DNA from: Blastococcus sp.
GTDB taxonomy: Bacteria; Actinomycetota; Actinomycetes; Mycobacteriales; Geodermatophilaceae
Length of the DNA stretch: 39,079 nt
Reading direction: 5' to 3'
Assembly (NCBI GenBank): GCA_025963345.1
Contig: JAOPUS010000029.1
Span: 1-39,079, forward strand
Below, piece after piece: positions 29,075 through 38,492 of the stretch. Numbering within the stretch: position 1 is the stretch's first letter; every line of letters starts with the position of its first letter. A program made the translations under genes and the position numbers. The notes under the pieces are model-generated. The model made no database searches, had not been told where the DNA came from, and saw only the letters and a program-made list of their open reading frames with translations.

Positions 29075-29208
29075 CCCGGCACGGCCGGAGCGTTGCCCCG
29101 GAACCGGACACTTCGCCGGTCGGAATGGCCGGTCCACGGGCCACGCGTCGCCCACGGACCGCTGACGCCACGTGGCTGCGGGACCACGACTTCGGTAGGC
29201 ATGGACGC

Positions 29209-30195
29209 ATGCCGGTGATCGGGTTCCACAACTCGCACGAACAGGTCCACCCCGCCCAGCTGCTGGACGCCGTCCGGCACGCCGAGGAGGTGGGGTTCAC
29301 CGCGGCGATGTGCTCGGACCACTTCGCCCCCTGGAACCTGCGGCAGGGCCACTCGGGCTTCGCCTGGTCGTGGCTGGGCGCGGCGCTGGCGACGACGTCC
29401 CTGCCGTTCGGGGCGGTCAACGCCCCGGGGCAGCGCTACCACCCCGCGATCGTGGCCCAGGCGATCGCGACCCTGGGGGCGATGTTCCCCGGCCGGTTCT
29501 GGGTGGCGCTGGGCAGCGGCGAGGCGATGAACGAGCACATCACCGGCGACCCGTGGCCCCGCAAGCCCGTGCGCGAGGCCCGGCTGCGCGAGTGCGTCGA
29601 CGTGATCCGGGCGCTGCTGGCCGGTGAGGAGGTCACCCATCACGGCCTGGTCGACGTCGACCGTGCCCGCATCTGGACGCTGCCGGAGCAGCCGCCTGCA
29701 CTGATCGCCCCGGCGGTCACCGTGCCCACCGCGCGGGTCGCCGCCGACTGGGCCGACGGCCTGGTCACCATCAACCAGCCGCTCGACACCCTTCGCGAGA
29801 TGGTCGCCGCTTACCGGGATGCCGGGGGGCGGGGGAAACTCGTCCTCCAGGTGCACCTGTCCTACGACCCGGACGGCGACCGCGCCCTGGCCATCGCCCA
29901 CGACCAGTGGCACAGCAACGTCTTCCCACCGCCGCTGTGCTGGGACCTCGACACCCCGGAGGCCTTCGAGCAGGCCAGCGCGCACGTACGCCCGGAGCAC
30001 GTCGCCGGCGCCGTGCGGGTGTCGGCCGACCTCGGGCAGCACACCGCCTGGATCGCCGAGTACGCAGAGCTCGGCTTCGACGAGATCTACCTGCACCACG
30101 TCGGCAAGGAGCAGATGGGCTTCCTGGACGCGTTCGGCGAGCACGTGCTGCCGCAGCTGGGCGTCACCGCCCCCCAGCCGGCGGTCGCGGTATGA
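29209..30195 (+). CDS. LLM-class flavin-dependent oxidoreductase (TIGR03885-like)
   Basis: IGFHNSHEQ, MCSDHFAPW...QGHSGFAWSWLG, APGQRYHPA, GSGEAMNE. Confidence 0.88.
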   Translation: MPVIGFHNSHEQVHPAQLLDAVRHAEEVGFTAAMCSDHFAPWNLRQGHSGFAWSWLGAALATTSLPFGAVNAPGQRYHPAIVAQAIATLGAMFPGRFWVALGSGEAMNEHITGDPWPRKPVREARLRECVDVIRALLAGEEVTHHGLVDVDRARIWTLPEQPPALIAPAVTVPTARVAADWADGLVTINQPLDTLREMVAAYRDAGGRGKLVLQVHLSYDPDGDRALAIAHDQWHSNVFPPPLCWDLDTPEAFEQASAHVRPEHVAGAVRVSADLGQHTAWIAEYAELGFDEIYLHHVGKEQMGFLDAFGEHVLPQLGVTAPQPAVAV

Positions 30196-31862
30196 GGATC
30201 ACCGACACGTCCGACCTCTGGTGGAAGACCGCTGTCGTCTACTGCCTGGACGTCGAGACGTTCATGGACTGGGACGGCGACGGCTGCGGCGACTTCGCCG
30301 GGCTGGCCCAGCGGATCGACCACCTCGCCGACCTCGGCGTCACCTGCCTGTGGCTGATGCCCTTCTATCCGACCGCCGAGCGCGACGACGGCTACGACAT
30401 CACCGACTTCTATGGCGTCGACCCGCGGCTGGGCACCCACGGCGACCTGGTCGAGGTGATCCGGACGGCGAACGACCGCGGGATGCGGGTGATCGTCGAC
30501 CTCGTCGTCAACCACACCTCGCGGAGGCACCCGTGGTTCCGGTCGGCCGAGCGGAGCAAGGACTCGCCGTTCCGCGACTTCTACGTCTGGCGCTCCGACC
30601 CGCCGCCGGACACCTCCGCCGAGGTGGTCTTCCCCGATCAGGAGAACAGCGTCTGGACGCTGTCGGAGAAGACGGGGGAGTGGTACCTGCACCGCTTCTA
30701 CAAGGAGCAGCCCGACCTGAACGTCACGAACCCGCGGGTGCGGGACGAGATCGCCAAGGTCATGGGCTTCTGGCTGCAGCTGGGCCTGTCGGGCTTCCGC
30801 GTGGACGCCGTCCCGTTCCTGCTGGAGACCGAGGGCACCGACGACAGCGCGTTCCCGGAACCGCACCGGTTCCTGCGGGCGCTGCGGTCGCTGGTCGGCC
30901 GCCGCTCGGGCAACGGGGTGCTGCTCGGCGAGGTGAACCTGCCGCACGAGCAGCAGTTGGAGTTCTTCGGGGGCGTCGACGGCGACGAGCTGACCATGCA
31001 GTTCGACTTCATCGGCATGCAGGCGATGTACCTGTCGCTGGCCCGCGTCGACGCCGGTCCGCTGGTCAACGCCCTCGCTTCGCGTCCGGAGCTGTCGCCG
31101 GACTCGCAGTGGGCCACGTTCGTGCGCAACCACGACGAGCTCACCCTCGACAAGCTCTCCGAGGCCGAACGCGCGGAGGTCTTCGCCGCGTTCGGGCCGG
31201 AGGCGAGCATGCAGGTCTACGGCCGCGGCCTGCGTCGCCGGCTGCCGCCGATGCTGGACGGCGACCCGCGGCGGATCCGGATGGTCTACAGCCTGCTGTT
31301 CTCGCTGCCCGGCACCCCGGTCCTCTTCTACGGGGAGGAGATCGGCATGGGGGAGGACCTCGACGCCGAGGGCCGCCTCGCCGTCCGCACTCCGATGCAG
31401 TGGACGTCGGGGCGCAACGGCGGCTTCTCCACCGCCGGGCCCCGCAGGCTGCCGGGACCGGTCGTCTCCGGGGGGTTCTCGCCGGAGTTCGTCAACGTCC
31501 AGGACCAGCGGCACGACCCCGACTCGCTGCTGTCGTTCATGAAGCTGCTGATCAGCCGGTACCGGGAGTCGCCGGAGCTGGGCTGGGGAAAGTTCACGGT
31601 CCTGGATCAGCCGCATCCGTCGGTGCTGGCCCACGCGTGCGTCTGGGACGACGGGACCATGGTCGCCGTCCACAATCTCGGCGCCGAGCCCCGCACCGTG
31701 CCGCTGACACTGCAGGAGTGCGACGCCACCCACCGGCTGGTGGACCTCCTCCAGGAGGCCAGCACGCCGGTGTCGGACGACGGCGCGGTGGAGCTCGCAC
31801 TCGAGGGCTACGGCCACCGCTGGCTGCGGGTGGTCGGCCCCGACAGCCGGCGGCTCGTCTGA
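30192..31862 (+). CDS. GH13 alpha-amylase family, trehalose synthase (TreS)-like
   Basis: WWK.AV.Y, DDGYD, DLVVNHTS, QPDLN, GFRVDAVP, GEVN, RNHDEL, YGEEIGMG, RTPMQW; ATGA overlap. Confidence 0.9.
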   Translation: MRITDTSDLWWKTAVVYCLDVETFMDWDGDGCGDFAGLAQRIDHLADLGVTCLWLMPFYPTAERDDGYDITDFYGVDPRLGTHGDLVEVIRTANDRGMRVIVDLVVNHTSRRHPWFRSAERSKDSPFRDFYVWRSDPPPDTSAEVVFPDQENSVWTLSEKTGEWYLHRFYKEQPDLNVTNPRVRDEIAKVMGFWLQLGLSGFRVDAVPFLLETEGTDDSAFPEPHRFLRALRSLVGRRSGNGVLLGEVNLPHEQQLEFFGGVDGDELTMQFDFIGMQAMYLSLARVDAGPLVNALASRPELSPDSQWATFVRNHDELTLDKLSEAERAEVFAAFGPEASMQVYGRGLRRRLPPMLDGDPRRIRMVYSLLFSLPGTPVLFYGEEIGMGEDLDAEGRLAVRTPMQWTSGRNGGFSTAGPRRLPGPVVSGGFSPEFVNVQDQRHDPDSLLSFMKLLISRYRESPELGWGKFTVLDQPHPSVLAHACVWDDGTMVAVHNLGAEPRTVPLTLQECDATHRLVDLLQEASTPVSDDGAVELALEGYGHRWLRVVGPDSRRLV

Positions 31863-31864
31863 GA

Positions 31865-31923
31865 AAGGACCCTCCTGCCCCCCACCGCTCGCGGGCTCGC
31901 GGCGGGACCCTGCAGGAGGGCCG
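31865..31923 (+). repeat. Dispersed structured intergenic repeat, copy 2 (REP-like)
   Basis: AAGGAC-CCTCCTGCCCC...CTCGCGGGCTCGCGGCGGGACCCTGCAGGAGGGCCG; homologous to 9435-9492. Confidence 0.8.
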
Positions 31924-31979
31924 CCGGCGAACGGGTGTCGGTCCGGGGAACCGTGGGTGGCCGCTCGTACCGTCCGGGA

Positions 31980-32690
31980 GTGCCCCGTTCCGCCGTCCTC
32001 GTGCTGCTCGCCGTCCTTCTTGCGCTCACCGGCTGCACGTTCGAGTGGCAGGTCGGGGGGCCGGCGGAACCGACGCTCACCTCGGTCGGGCTGGGCGACG
32101 TTCCCGCGGGAACGTTCGACCCGACGGAGGCCGCGAGCGCGCTGGCCGCGCTTCCCGTGGCCGAGAAGTCGACGCTGGACGGCTACGAGCGCGGCTGCGG
32201 TGAAGGGGAGGGCTGCGTCTTCGGGGCGGCCTGGGCCGACATCGACCGCAACGGCTGCGACCAGCGCAACGACGTCCTGCACCGCGACCTCACCGAGGTG
32301 CAGGTGCGGGAGGGGACGCACGAATGCGTGGTGATCGCCGGCGTGCTGGACGATCCGTACACCGGCGCGAGCGTGGTGTTCGAGAAGGCCGATGCCGCGC
32401 TCGTGCCGATCGACCACGTCGTCCCGCTCGCCGCGGCCTGGGTGCAGGGGGCGGCGGCGTGGCCGGCGGAGCAGCGCCGGGCCTTCGCCAACGACCTGAA
32501 CAACCTGATGGCCACCACCCGGGCGGAGAACTCCGCGAAGGGCGACTCGACAGCCGACGAGTGGGTGCCCTCGGACCCCTCCTACGGCTGCTCCTACGCC
32601 ACCGTCGTCATCACGGTGAAGGACCGCTACGCCCTCGCCGTCAGCCCCGCGGAGTCGACGGCGCTGCAGTCGCTGCTCGCCACCTGCTGA
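31980..32690 (+). CDS. HNH nuclease family (DUF1524-like) lipoprotein
   Basis: Lipobox LTG-C; GY.R, W.D.D.NGCD.RNDVL.RDL, DPYTG, IDHVVPL, FAND..NL, N.AKGD. Confidence 0.85.
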   Translation: MPRSAVLVLLAVLLALTGCTFEWQVGGPAEPTLTSVGLGDVPAGTFDPTEAASALAALPVAEKSTLDGYERGCGEGEGCVFGAAWADIDRNGCDQRNDVLHRDLTEVQVREGTHECVVIAGVLDDPYTGASVVFEKADAALVPIDHVVPLAAAWVQGAAAWPAEQRRAFANDLNNLMATTRAENSAKGDSTADEWVPSDPSYGCSYATVVITVKDRYALAVSPAESTALQSLLATC

Positions 32691-32802
32691 GCGCCGCGCC
32701 ACGCCCACCGGCGCGGCATCACGCTGCGTGTGCGGGCCGCCGGGGTGCCGTCCCACGTCCCGGGGGTGCCTCCACCTAGCGTGAGGGACGAGGTGATCAG
32801 AC

Positions 32803-33375
32803 ATGAGTGAACGCAACGGAAGTCCGTCCCTGGGCACCGGGACCGCCGAGATCCCGGTGGTCCGCCCCGCCGCCGCACCGGAGTCCGGCGCGGTCCCGAC
32901 CGCCCCGCCCGTCCAGGCCCCTGACCAGGAGGCGCCCAACGTGGCGGCCGAGAACCAGCCCGAGGGCGACCTCGTACCCGGGAAGCACCCCACGGCGCCG
33001 GTGACGGTCCGGCCCTCCCCGCGGATGCCGCGCCGCGGCCCGCTGACAGTGATGGGGCCCTGGGCTCCGGTTGCTGGTGGCCTGTTGGGCCTGCTGCTCG
33101 GCGTCGTCACCGTGCTGTTCCTGGCCGGGACGGCGGACACCTTCGAGGATCGGCTCGCGCTGGCCTTCGTCGTCCTGGGTCTGGGCATGCTCGGCACCTC
33201 GGGCATCCTGCTGGCCGACGAGGTGCGCATGATGCGCCAGCGGGCGCGCGACGCCGTCGTCCGCCCGGCCTGGGTCGAGGCCACTGCGGGCCTGCTCAAC
33301 GGTCTGACGCCGGCCCGGCTGCTGCTGGCGGTCAGCGCGTTCGTGCTCTTCCTGGCGGCCTACGTCAGCCGATGA
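32803..33375 (+). CDS. Hypothetical membrane protein
   Basis: Pro-rich N-terminus, three hydrophobic segments; GAGGTGA SD before the ATG. Confidence 0.75.
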   Translation: MSERNGSPSLGTGTAEIPVVRPAAAPESGAVPTAPPVQAPDQEAPNVAAENQPEGDLVPGKHPTAPVTVRPSPRMPRRGPLTVMGPWAPVAGGLLGLLLGVVTVLFLAGTADTFEDRLALAFVVLGLGMLGTSGILLADEVRMMRQRARDAVVRPAWVEATAGLLNGLTPARLLLAVSAFVLFLAAYVSR

Positions 33376-33378
33376 CCC

Positions 33379-34146
33379 TCAGCTGTAGGCCTGGATCCCC
33401 AGGTAGACGGCGAGTCCGAGTCCGGCGACGGCGATGATCGTGCGCAGGGCACCCTGGGGTGACCGACGCACGACCCGCGGGCCGAGCCGGCCGCCGATGA
33501 GGCAGCCGATCGCGAGCGGCAGTGCGGCCGACCAGGCCACCGACGTGAAGAGGACGTAGCCGACGGCGGCCACCGCGTTGGCGACGCCGAGGATGACGTT
33601 CTTCATGGCGTTCCCGCGGGGCAGGCTCTCGCCGGTGCCGAGGAGGTACATGGCGAGCAGCAGGACGCCGGCGGCGGCGCCGAAGTAGCCGCCGTAGATG
33701 CCGACCACGAAGGTGCCCAGCGCGAGCCACCACGGGTCCCGTGGGACGGGGTGTTCGCGTGCTCCCTCGGCGGCGAGCTCGCGGGGCGGCCGCTGGACGA
33801 GGATCGCCGCCGAGGCTCCCGCGATCAGGAACGGGACGATGCGCTCGAAGGCTGCCGACGGGGTGAGCAGGAGCAGCACCGCGCCCACCGCCCCGCCCAG
33901 CACGGCGGCGACGGCGAGGGGGAGGAGCCGGCGGCCCTGACCGCGCAGCTCGGGCCGGGAGGCACTCACCGACCCCACGCTGTTGAGCACGAGCGCGACG
34001 GTGTTGGTGACGTTCGCGGTCACCGGCGGGAGGCCGGTGGCCAGGAGTGCCGGGTAGCTGATCAACGAGGCCAGCCCGGCGATGCTGCCGGTGAGCCCCG
34101 CGCCGATGCCGGCGAGGACGAGGAAACCGAACTCGAGGACGCTCAT
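33379..34146 (-). CDS. Sulfite exporter TauE/SafE family protein
   Basis: AG..G..AG..SL.SYPAL, ANVTN, GIYGGYFGAAAG, KN. Confidence 0.9.
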   Translation of the reverse strand: MSVLEFGFLVLAGIGAGLTGSIAGLASLISYPALLATGLPPVTANVTNTVALVLNSVGSVSASRPELRGQGRRLLPLAVAAVLGGAVGAVLLLLTPSAAFERIVPFLIAGASAAILVQRPPRELAAEGAREHPVPRDPWWLALGTFVVGIYGGYFGAAAGVLLLAMYLLGTGESLPRGNAMKNVILGVANAVAAVGYVLFTSVAWSAALPLAIGCLIGGRLGPRVVRRSPQGALRTIIAVAGLGLAVYLGIQAYS

Positions 34147-34928
34147 CGGGTCAGCAGCACCGCGATCGCGATCAGTCCGAGGACCACGATCGCCGCGCGC
34201 AGGACCGTGGACGGCAGGCGCCGGCCGAACCGGGCGCCGGTGTAGCCGCCGAGAATCGCACCGACGGCGATGAGCCCGGCTGCCCGCCAGTCCACGCGGT
34301 CGGTGGCGACCACGACGTACGTAGCGGCGGCCACCCCGTTCACCGCGGTGGTCAGCACGTTCTTGATCGCGTTCAGCCGCTGCAGGGACTCCCGCAGGAG
34401 CAGCCCGAAGATGCCGATCTGGAGCACGCCCTGGCTGGCCGCGAAGTACCCCCCGTACGTGCCGGTGACGTAGGCGCCGGCGAACAGGGCGGCCAGCCGC
34501 CCCGGCCCGATCTGCTGCACCACGGCGTCGTCGCCTACCGGCCGGCCTTTCGCCAGAGCCCGCTGCACGAGCGGCTGGACGGCGACCAGCACGACCGCGA
34601 GGCCGACGAGCACCGGCACGATCGCCTCGAAGCTCGAGGCCGGGAGGTGCAGGAGCAGAAACGCGCCGGTGAGCGCGCCGAGTACCGACGCGGGGAGGAG
34701 TCGCAGCAGGAGGCGCCGCTGCCCGCGCAGCTCCCGGCGATAGCCGATCGCCCCGGTGAGGTTGCCCGCCACCAGGCCGAGCGAGTTGCTGACCGTCGCG
34801 GTGACCGGCGGCAGGCCGACGGCGAGCAGCACCGGGAAGGTGACCAGGGTGCCCGAGCCCACGACGGCGTTGATCCCGCCGGCGGCGAACCCGGCGGAGG
34901 CGACCGCCACCATCTCCCACCCCGTCAT
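34143..34928 (-). CDS. Sulfite exporter TauE/SafE family protein
   Basis: AGGINAVVGSGTLVTFP, YGGYF, LNAIKN; ATGA-coupled to the downstream paralogue. Confidence 0.9.
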   Translation of the reverse strand: MTGWEMVAVASAGFAAGGINAVVGSGTLVTFPVLLAVGLPPVTATVSNSLGLVAGNLTGAIGYRRELRGQRRLLLRLLPASVLGALTGAFLLLHLPASSFEAIVPVLVGLAVVLVAVQPLVQRALAKGRPVGDDAVVQQIGPGRLAALFAGAYVTGTYGGYFAASQGVLQIGIFGLLLRESLQRLNAIKNVLTTAVNGVAAATYVVVATDRVDWRAAGLIAVGAILGGYTGARFGRRLPSTVLRAAIVVLGLIAIAVLLTR

Positions 34929-35132
34929 GCGTGCATCGCGTGGGAGCGTCGCACGGGGGCCGCCGTGCTCGCTCCTCGGCGCCCGGTCGGTCAGGTCACA
35001 ACCGCCTGCCCGCGCGGCCCCGTGGACACGGGCGCTGGGCACTGCTGCGCGATCGAGGGCAGTTGCGCGGTGTGCGGAGCTTCCCTCGCCGTCTTCGCAC
35101 CGATCTCAGCTGAGCGCCAGGCTCAGGTCAGC

Positions 35133-35149
35133 CATCGGGTTGGTCGATG
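35133..35149. promoter_or_regulatory. LysR-type box CATCG-N7-CGATG upstream of lysR
   Basis: T-N11-A dyad; identical arms recur at 36301-36317. Confidence 0.5.
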
Positions 35150-35215
35150 ACACCCAGCGAGGACGCGTGATCGATCTCGAGCGTCCAGCCGTCCCCTTCG
35201 GCCGTTCTTCATAGT

Positions 35216-36118
35216 GTGGAACTCAGGCAGCTCGAGCACTTCCTGGCCGTCGTCGAGGAAGGCTCGTTCACCCGCGCCGCGGCACGCGCGTTCATGGTCC
35301 AGTCGAGCCTGTCCGCATCGCTGCTGGCCCTCGAACGAGAGCTGGGCACGGACCTGTTCACCCGTGGTCGCCGCGGCGCCGAGCTGACTGACGCCGGCCG
35401 GGCATTCCTCGAGCCGGCGCAAGCCGCGCTCCGGGGCGCCGAACGTGCACGTGATGCGGTCGCGGAGGTCAAGGGACTGCTGCGTGGGTCGGTCCGCATC
35501 GCCACCATGCCCGTAGCCATGCCCCGGAGCGTCGACTTGATCGAGACGATCCGCCGATTCCAGGAGGAGCATCCAGGCGTTCACGTCCAGGTGGTTCCCA
35601 CCGACTCCAAGTCGATGGTCGACCTGGTGACCGACGGTCAGGTCGACTTCGCCATCACGCCCCGCGTCGACCAAGCAAGTCCCACGCTTCGATTCGAGCC
35701 GCTGATCAGCACGGACATCGTGGTTGTCTGCCCGACCGGCCATCGCCTGGCCGGCGCGCGGGACGTGGACCTCCACGACGTCGCCAAGGAGTCCATCGTC
35801 GACTTTCCCTGTGGATGGCGAGCCCGAGAACTGTTCGACCGCGCACTTGCCGAGCAGGGCCTGCAGCGGCAGGTCACGCTCGAGGTCAACGACTGGTTGG
35901 GAATTCTCACGATGGTGCAGCGGGGCGTGGGCATTGCCTACGGCCCACATGCCTGCATCGACACTGCCACCTTCAGTGGCGTCGACGTCGCCACTCTGGC
36001 CGACCCACCCCGTTGGGAACTCGGCATCGCCATCAGGGACGAGGCGCTCCGCGGGGCCGCGGGCCGCGCCTTCCTCGCCGCCTACCGGGAACGGTGCGGC
36101 GAACATACGACCGGCTGA
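35216..36118 (+). CDS. LysR family transcriptional regulator
   Basis: MELRQLEHFLAVVEEGSFTRAA...QS.LS....LERELG..LF.R....LT.AG. Confidence 0.96.
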   Translation: MELRQLEHFLAVVEEGSFTRAAARAFMVQSSLSASLLALERELGTDLFTRGRRGAELTDAGRAFLEPAQAALRGAERARDAVAEVKGLLRGSVRIATMPVAMPRSVDLIETIRRFQEEHPGVHVQVVPTDSKSMVDLVTDGQVDFAITPRVDQASPTLRFEPLISTDIVVVCPTGHRLAGARDVDLHDVAKESIVDFPCGWRARELFDRALAEQGLQRQVTLEVNDWLGILTMVQRGVGIAYGPHACIDTATFSGVDVATLADPPRWELGIAIRDEALRGAAGRAFLAAYRERCGEHTTG

Positions 36119-36300
36119 GCGCGGAGACCATTCGGCAGAGCGATCCCGCCCTTCGTCGCGAGGGCCGTGCACGGTCCCCCGCTCCTGTGGCGAGCATCGG
36201 GACTGGACCGGGCGCGCTCGCTGACAGCTTGCCGAGACCGGTCAACGATCGTTTCCGGGCGACGGCAAGGACGTAGTCGGACTGCCTGACATCGATGACC

Positions 36301-36317
36301 CATCGCCTGTGTCGATG
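36301..36317. promoter_or_regulatory. LysR-type box CATCG-N7-CGATG upstream of the GGDEF-EAL gene
   Basis: T-N11-A dyad with the same arms as 35133-35149. Confidence 0.5.
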
Positions 36318-36418
36318 TCACCCAGCGGAATCGCGCGATCAATCGGGCGGCGGCAGGCGACGACTTCTCCAGTGTCCTCGATCGAGGAGCACCATCCGGT
36401 GTCACCAGGAGAGTTCTC

Positions 36419-38233
36419 GTGCACAGCAAGCATGTCACCGCCGTCTCTGCGCCGCTTCACGCGTGCGGCCACACCGGGCCTGGGGGCAACGCGGCAGTCC
36501 TGTCGGAGGCTGTGCTCGATGCACTGCCGTCACCGACCGTGCTGCTGGACCCCGACGGCAGGGTCCTGCTGACCAACGCGGCATGGGCGGCCGCGGTTGA
36601 GACGGTCGACGACGACCGCATGGACGGGGGTGTCGGCGTCGACTACTTCGCGATGGCTCGGCGCGCGTGCGGGAAGGCCGTCGGCCGGAGGATCGTCGAC
36701 TCGCTCCGGGCGCTCTCCCGCGGCGAGCGTGCAGGGGTCGCCATGGACTACTCGCTGGAGCATCCGGCCGGCACTCACTGGTACCACCTGCAGGCCTCGC
36801 GGCTCAACCAGGCAGGGCACGTCGTCGTCACTCACACCGACGTCACCGACCGGGTGCAGGCGGAGCGGACGTCGGCCTGGCGGGCCCGGCACGACGACCT
36901 CACCGAGCTGCCGAACCGTGCGGGCCTGCACGAACTCATCGACGCCGCGCTGCAGCGACCGGAACGTCTCCCGATCACGGTCCTCTTCCTCGACGTCGAC
37001 GGCTTCAAGGACGTCAACGACTCCCTGGGGCACGAGGCCGGCGACGACCTGCTCCGCCAGCTCGCCGCACGTCTGGCCGGCCGGACGCGGTCCGAGGACA
37101 CCGTCGGCCGGCTCGGCGGTGACGAGTTCGTCGTCCTCTGCCACGACTGCGACACAGCCGGCGCAGAGGCGCTGGCCCAGCGCTTCCAGAGCATTTTCGA
37201 CGAGCCCTTCCACCTCGGCGGTCGCACCGCCCGGCTGACCGCGAGCATCGGCGTCGCCACCGCCTGGAGCGGCGACCCGTCCGGCACCCGCTCGACCGAC
37301 CTGCTCCGCGACGCCGACCTGGCGATGTACGCCGCCAAGCGCGCGGGTCGCAGCCGGATGCGCGTGTTCAGCCCGGAACTCCGTGACGCGGTGCAGCAGA
37401 AGGTCCTGGTGGCCGGCGAGCTGCGGGAGGCGATCGAGACCGGGCAGCTCGTACTGCACTACCAGCCGATCGTGCACCTCCCGAGCGGCCAGGTGGACGG
37501 CGTGGAGGCGCTGGTCCGCTGGCAACATCCGGAGCGCGGCTTGCTCCCGCCCGGCGAGTTCATCGCCGTGGCCGAGGAGTACGAGCTGATCGGCCTGCTG
37601 ACCCGCTGGGTGCTTGGCGCCGCCACCCGGCAGGCCGCAGAGTGGGCCGAGCTCGGCCTGCCCCTGCTGGTCGGGGTCAACGTCAGTGCGAGCACCGTCG
37701 CCACGGGCATGCTGGTGGATGACGTCGCCGGAGCGCTCGCCGCGTCGGGACTTCCGCCGGACCGACTGATCATCGAGCTGACCGAGACCACCGTGGCCGA
37801 GGACCCTGAGCGCGCGGCGGCGCAGTTCGCCGTCCTTCGCACCTCCGGCGTCGAGGTGGCGATCGACGACTTCGGTAGCGGATTCTCCTCGCTCGGGCAG
37901 CTGGTCAACATCCCCGCCGGAGTGCTCAAGATCGACCGCAGCCTTGTCTCGGGGGCGGTGAACGGTCGGAGCCAAGCAGCCGCAGCCATCGCCGCCGTCG
38001 TCGCCCTGGCAGAGGCCTGCGGAATGCGCGCGCTGGCCGAGGGCGTGGAGACCGCCGAGCAGCTGGCGCTGACCGCGACGCTGGGCTGCACGTTCGCCCA
38101 GGGCTACTACATCGCCCGTCCGATGCCGGCCGACGAGCTGCGGAGTTGGCTGCGGGAGCGGGCGGCCACCGGCAACCGCGACAGTGACCGGCGAGCGTCC
38201 CTTGCGGTGCGACTGTCCTCCACGGGTCACTGA
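36419..38233 (+). CDS. PAS-like / GGDEF / EAL diguanylate cyclase-phosphodiesterase
   Basis: D.LTELPNR, DVDGFKDVND.LGH..GD, RSED I-site, GGDEF, EALVRW, ELTE, DDFGSGFSS, KIDRS, EGVE, QGY. Confidence 0.93.
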   Translation: MHSKHVTAVSAPLHACGHTGPGGNAAVLSEAVLDALPSPTVLLDPDGRVLLTNAAWAAAVETVDDDRMDGGVGVDYFAMARRACGKAVGRRIVDSLRALSRGERAGVAMDYSLEHPAGTHWYHLQASRLNQAGHVVVTHTDVTDRVQAERTSAWRARHDDLTELPNRAGLHELIDAALQRPERLPITVLFLDVDGFKDVNDSLGHEAGDDLLRQLAARLAGRTRSEDTVGRLGGDEFVVLCHDCDTAGAEALAQRFQSIFDEPFHLGGRTARLTASIGVATAWSGDPSGTRSTDLLRDADLAMYAAKRAGRSRMRVFSPELRDAVQQKVLVAGELREAIETGQLVLHYQPIVHLPSGQVDGVEALVRWQHPERGLLPPGEFIAVAEEYELIGLLTRWVLGAATRQAAEWAELGLPLLVGVNVSASTVATGMLVDDVAGALAASGLPPDRLIIELTETTVAEDPERAAAQFAVLRTSGVEVAIDDFGSGFSSLGQLVNIPAGVLKIDRSLVSGAVNGRSQAAAAIAAVVALAEACGMRALAEGVETAEQLALTATLGCTFAQGYYIARPMPADELRSWLRERAATGNRDSDRRASLAVRLSSTGH

Positions 38234-38492
38234 GCGACGGGTAGAGGCCGGCACGTTGCATCAGCGCGCTCACACTGCGCCGGAGCCAACACCAAGGAGG
38301 GCTCCGGCGCAGGAACGCCGACGACACCGGGCGGGGTGTCCCATGGTCCCGAGCCAGTGCCCTCGTCACCCCAGCAACGTCGCGCCTCCGGTCCTTCGTC
38401 GTCCGACGGGCCGCTCACCCCCGCGGTGCACGAGTCCGGGCCGGGTGTCAGGGCCTGTCCGTCGGTCGTCAATCCGGGCATGCTTCCGGCAC

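Noticed and set aside
33379-34920. Single 513-aa TauE fusion suggested by the ORF track
   Set aside because: The first half is an out-of-frame reading of the upstream paralogue; two separate genes overlap at ATGA.
36120-36418. Possible c-di-GMP or c-di-AMP riboswitch before the GGDEF-EAL gene
   Set aside because: I could not find the conserved aptamer motifs; an Infernal/Rfam scan would settle it.
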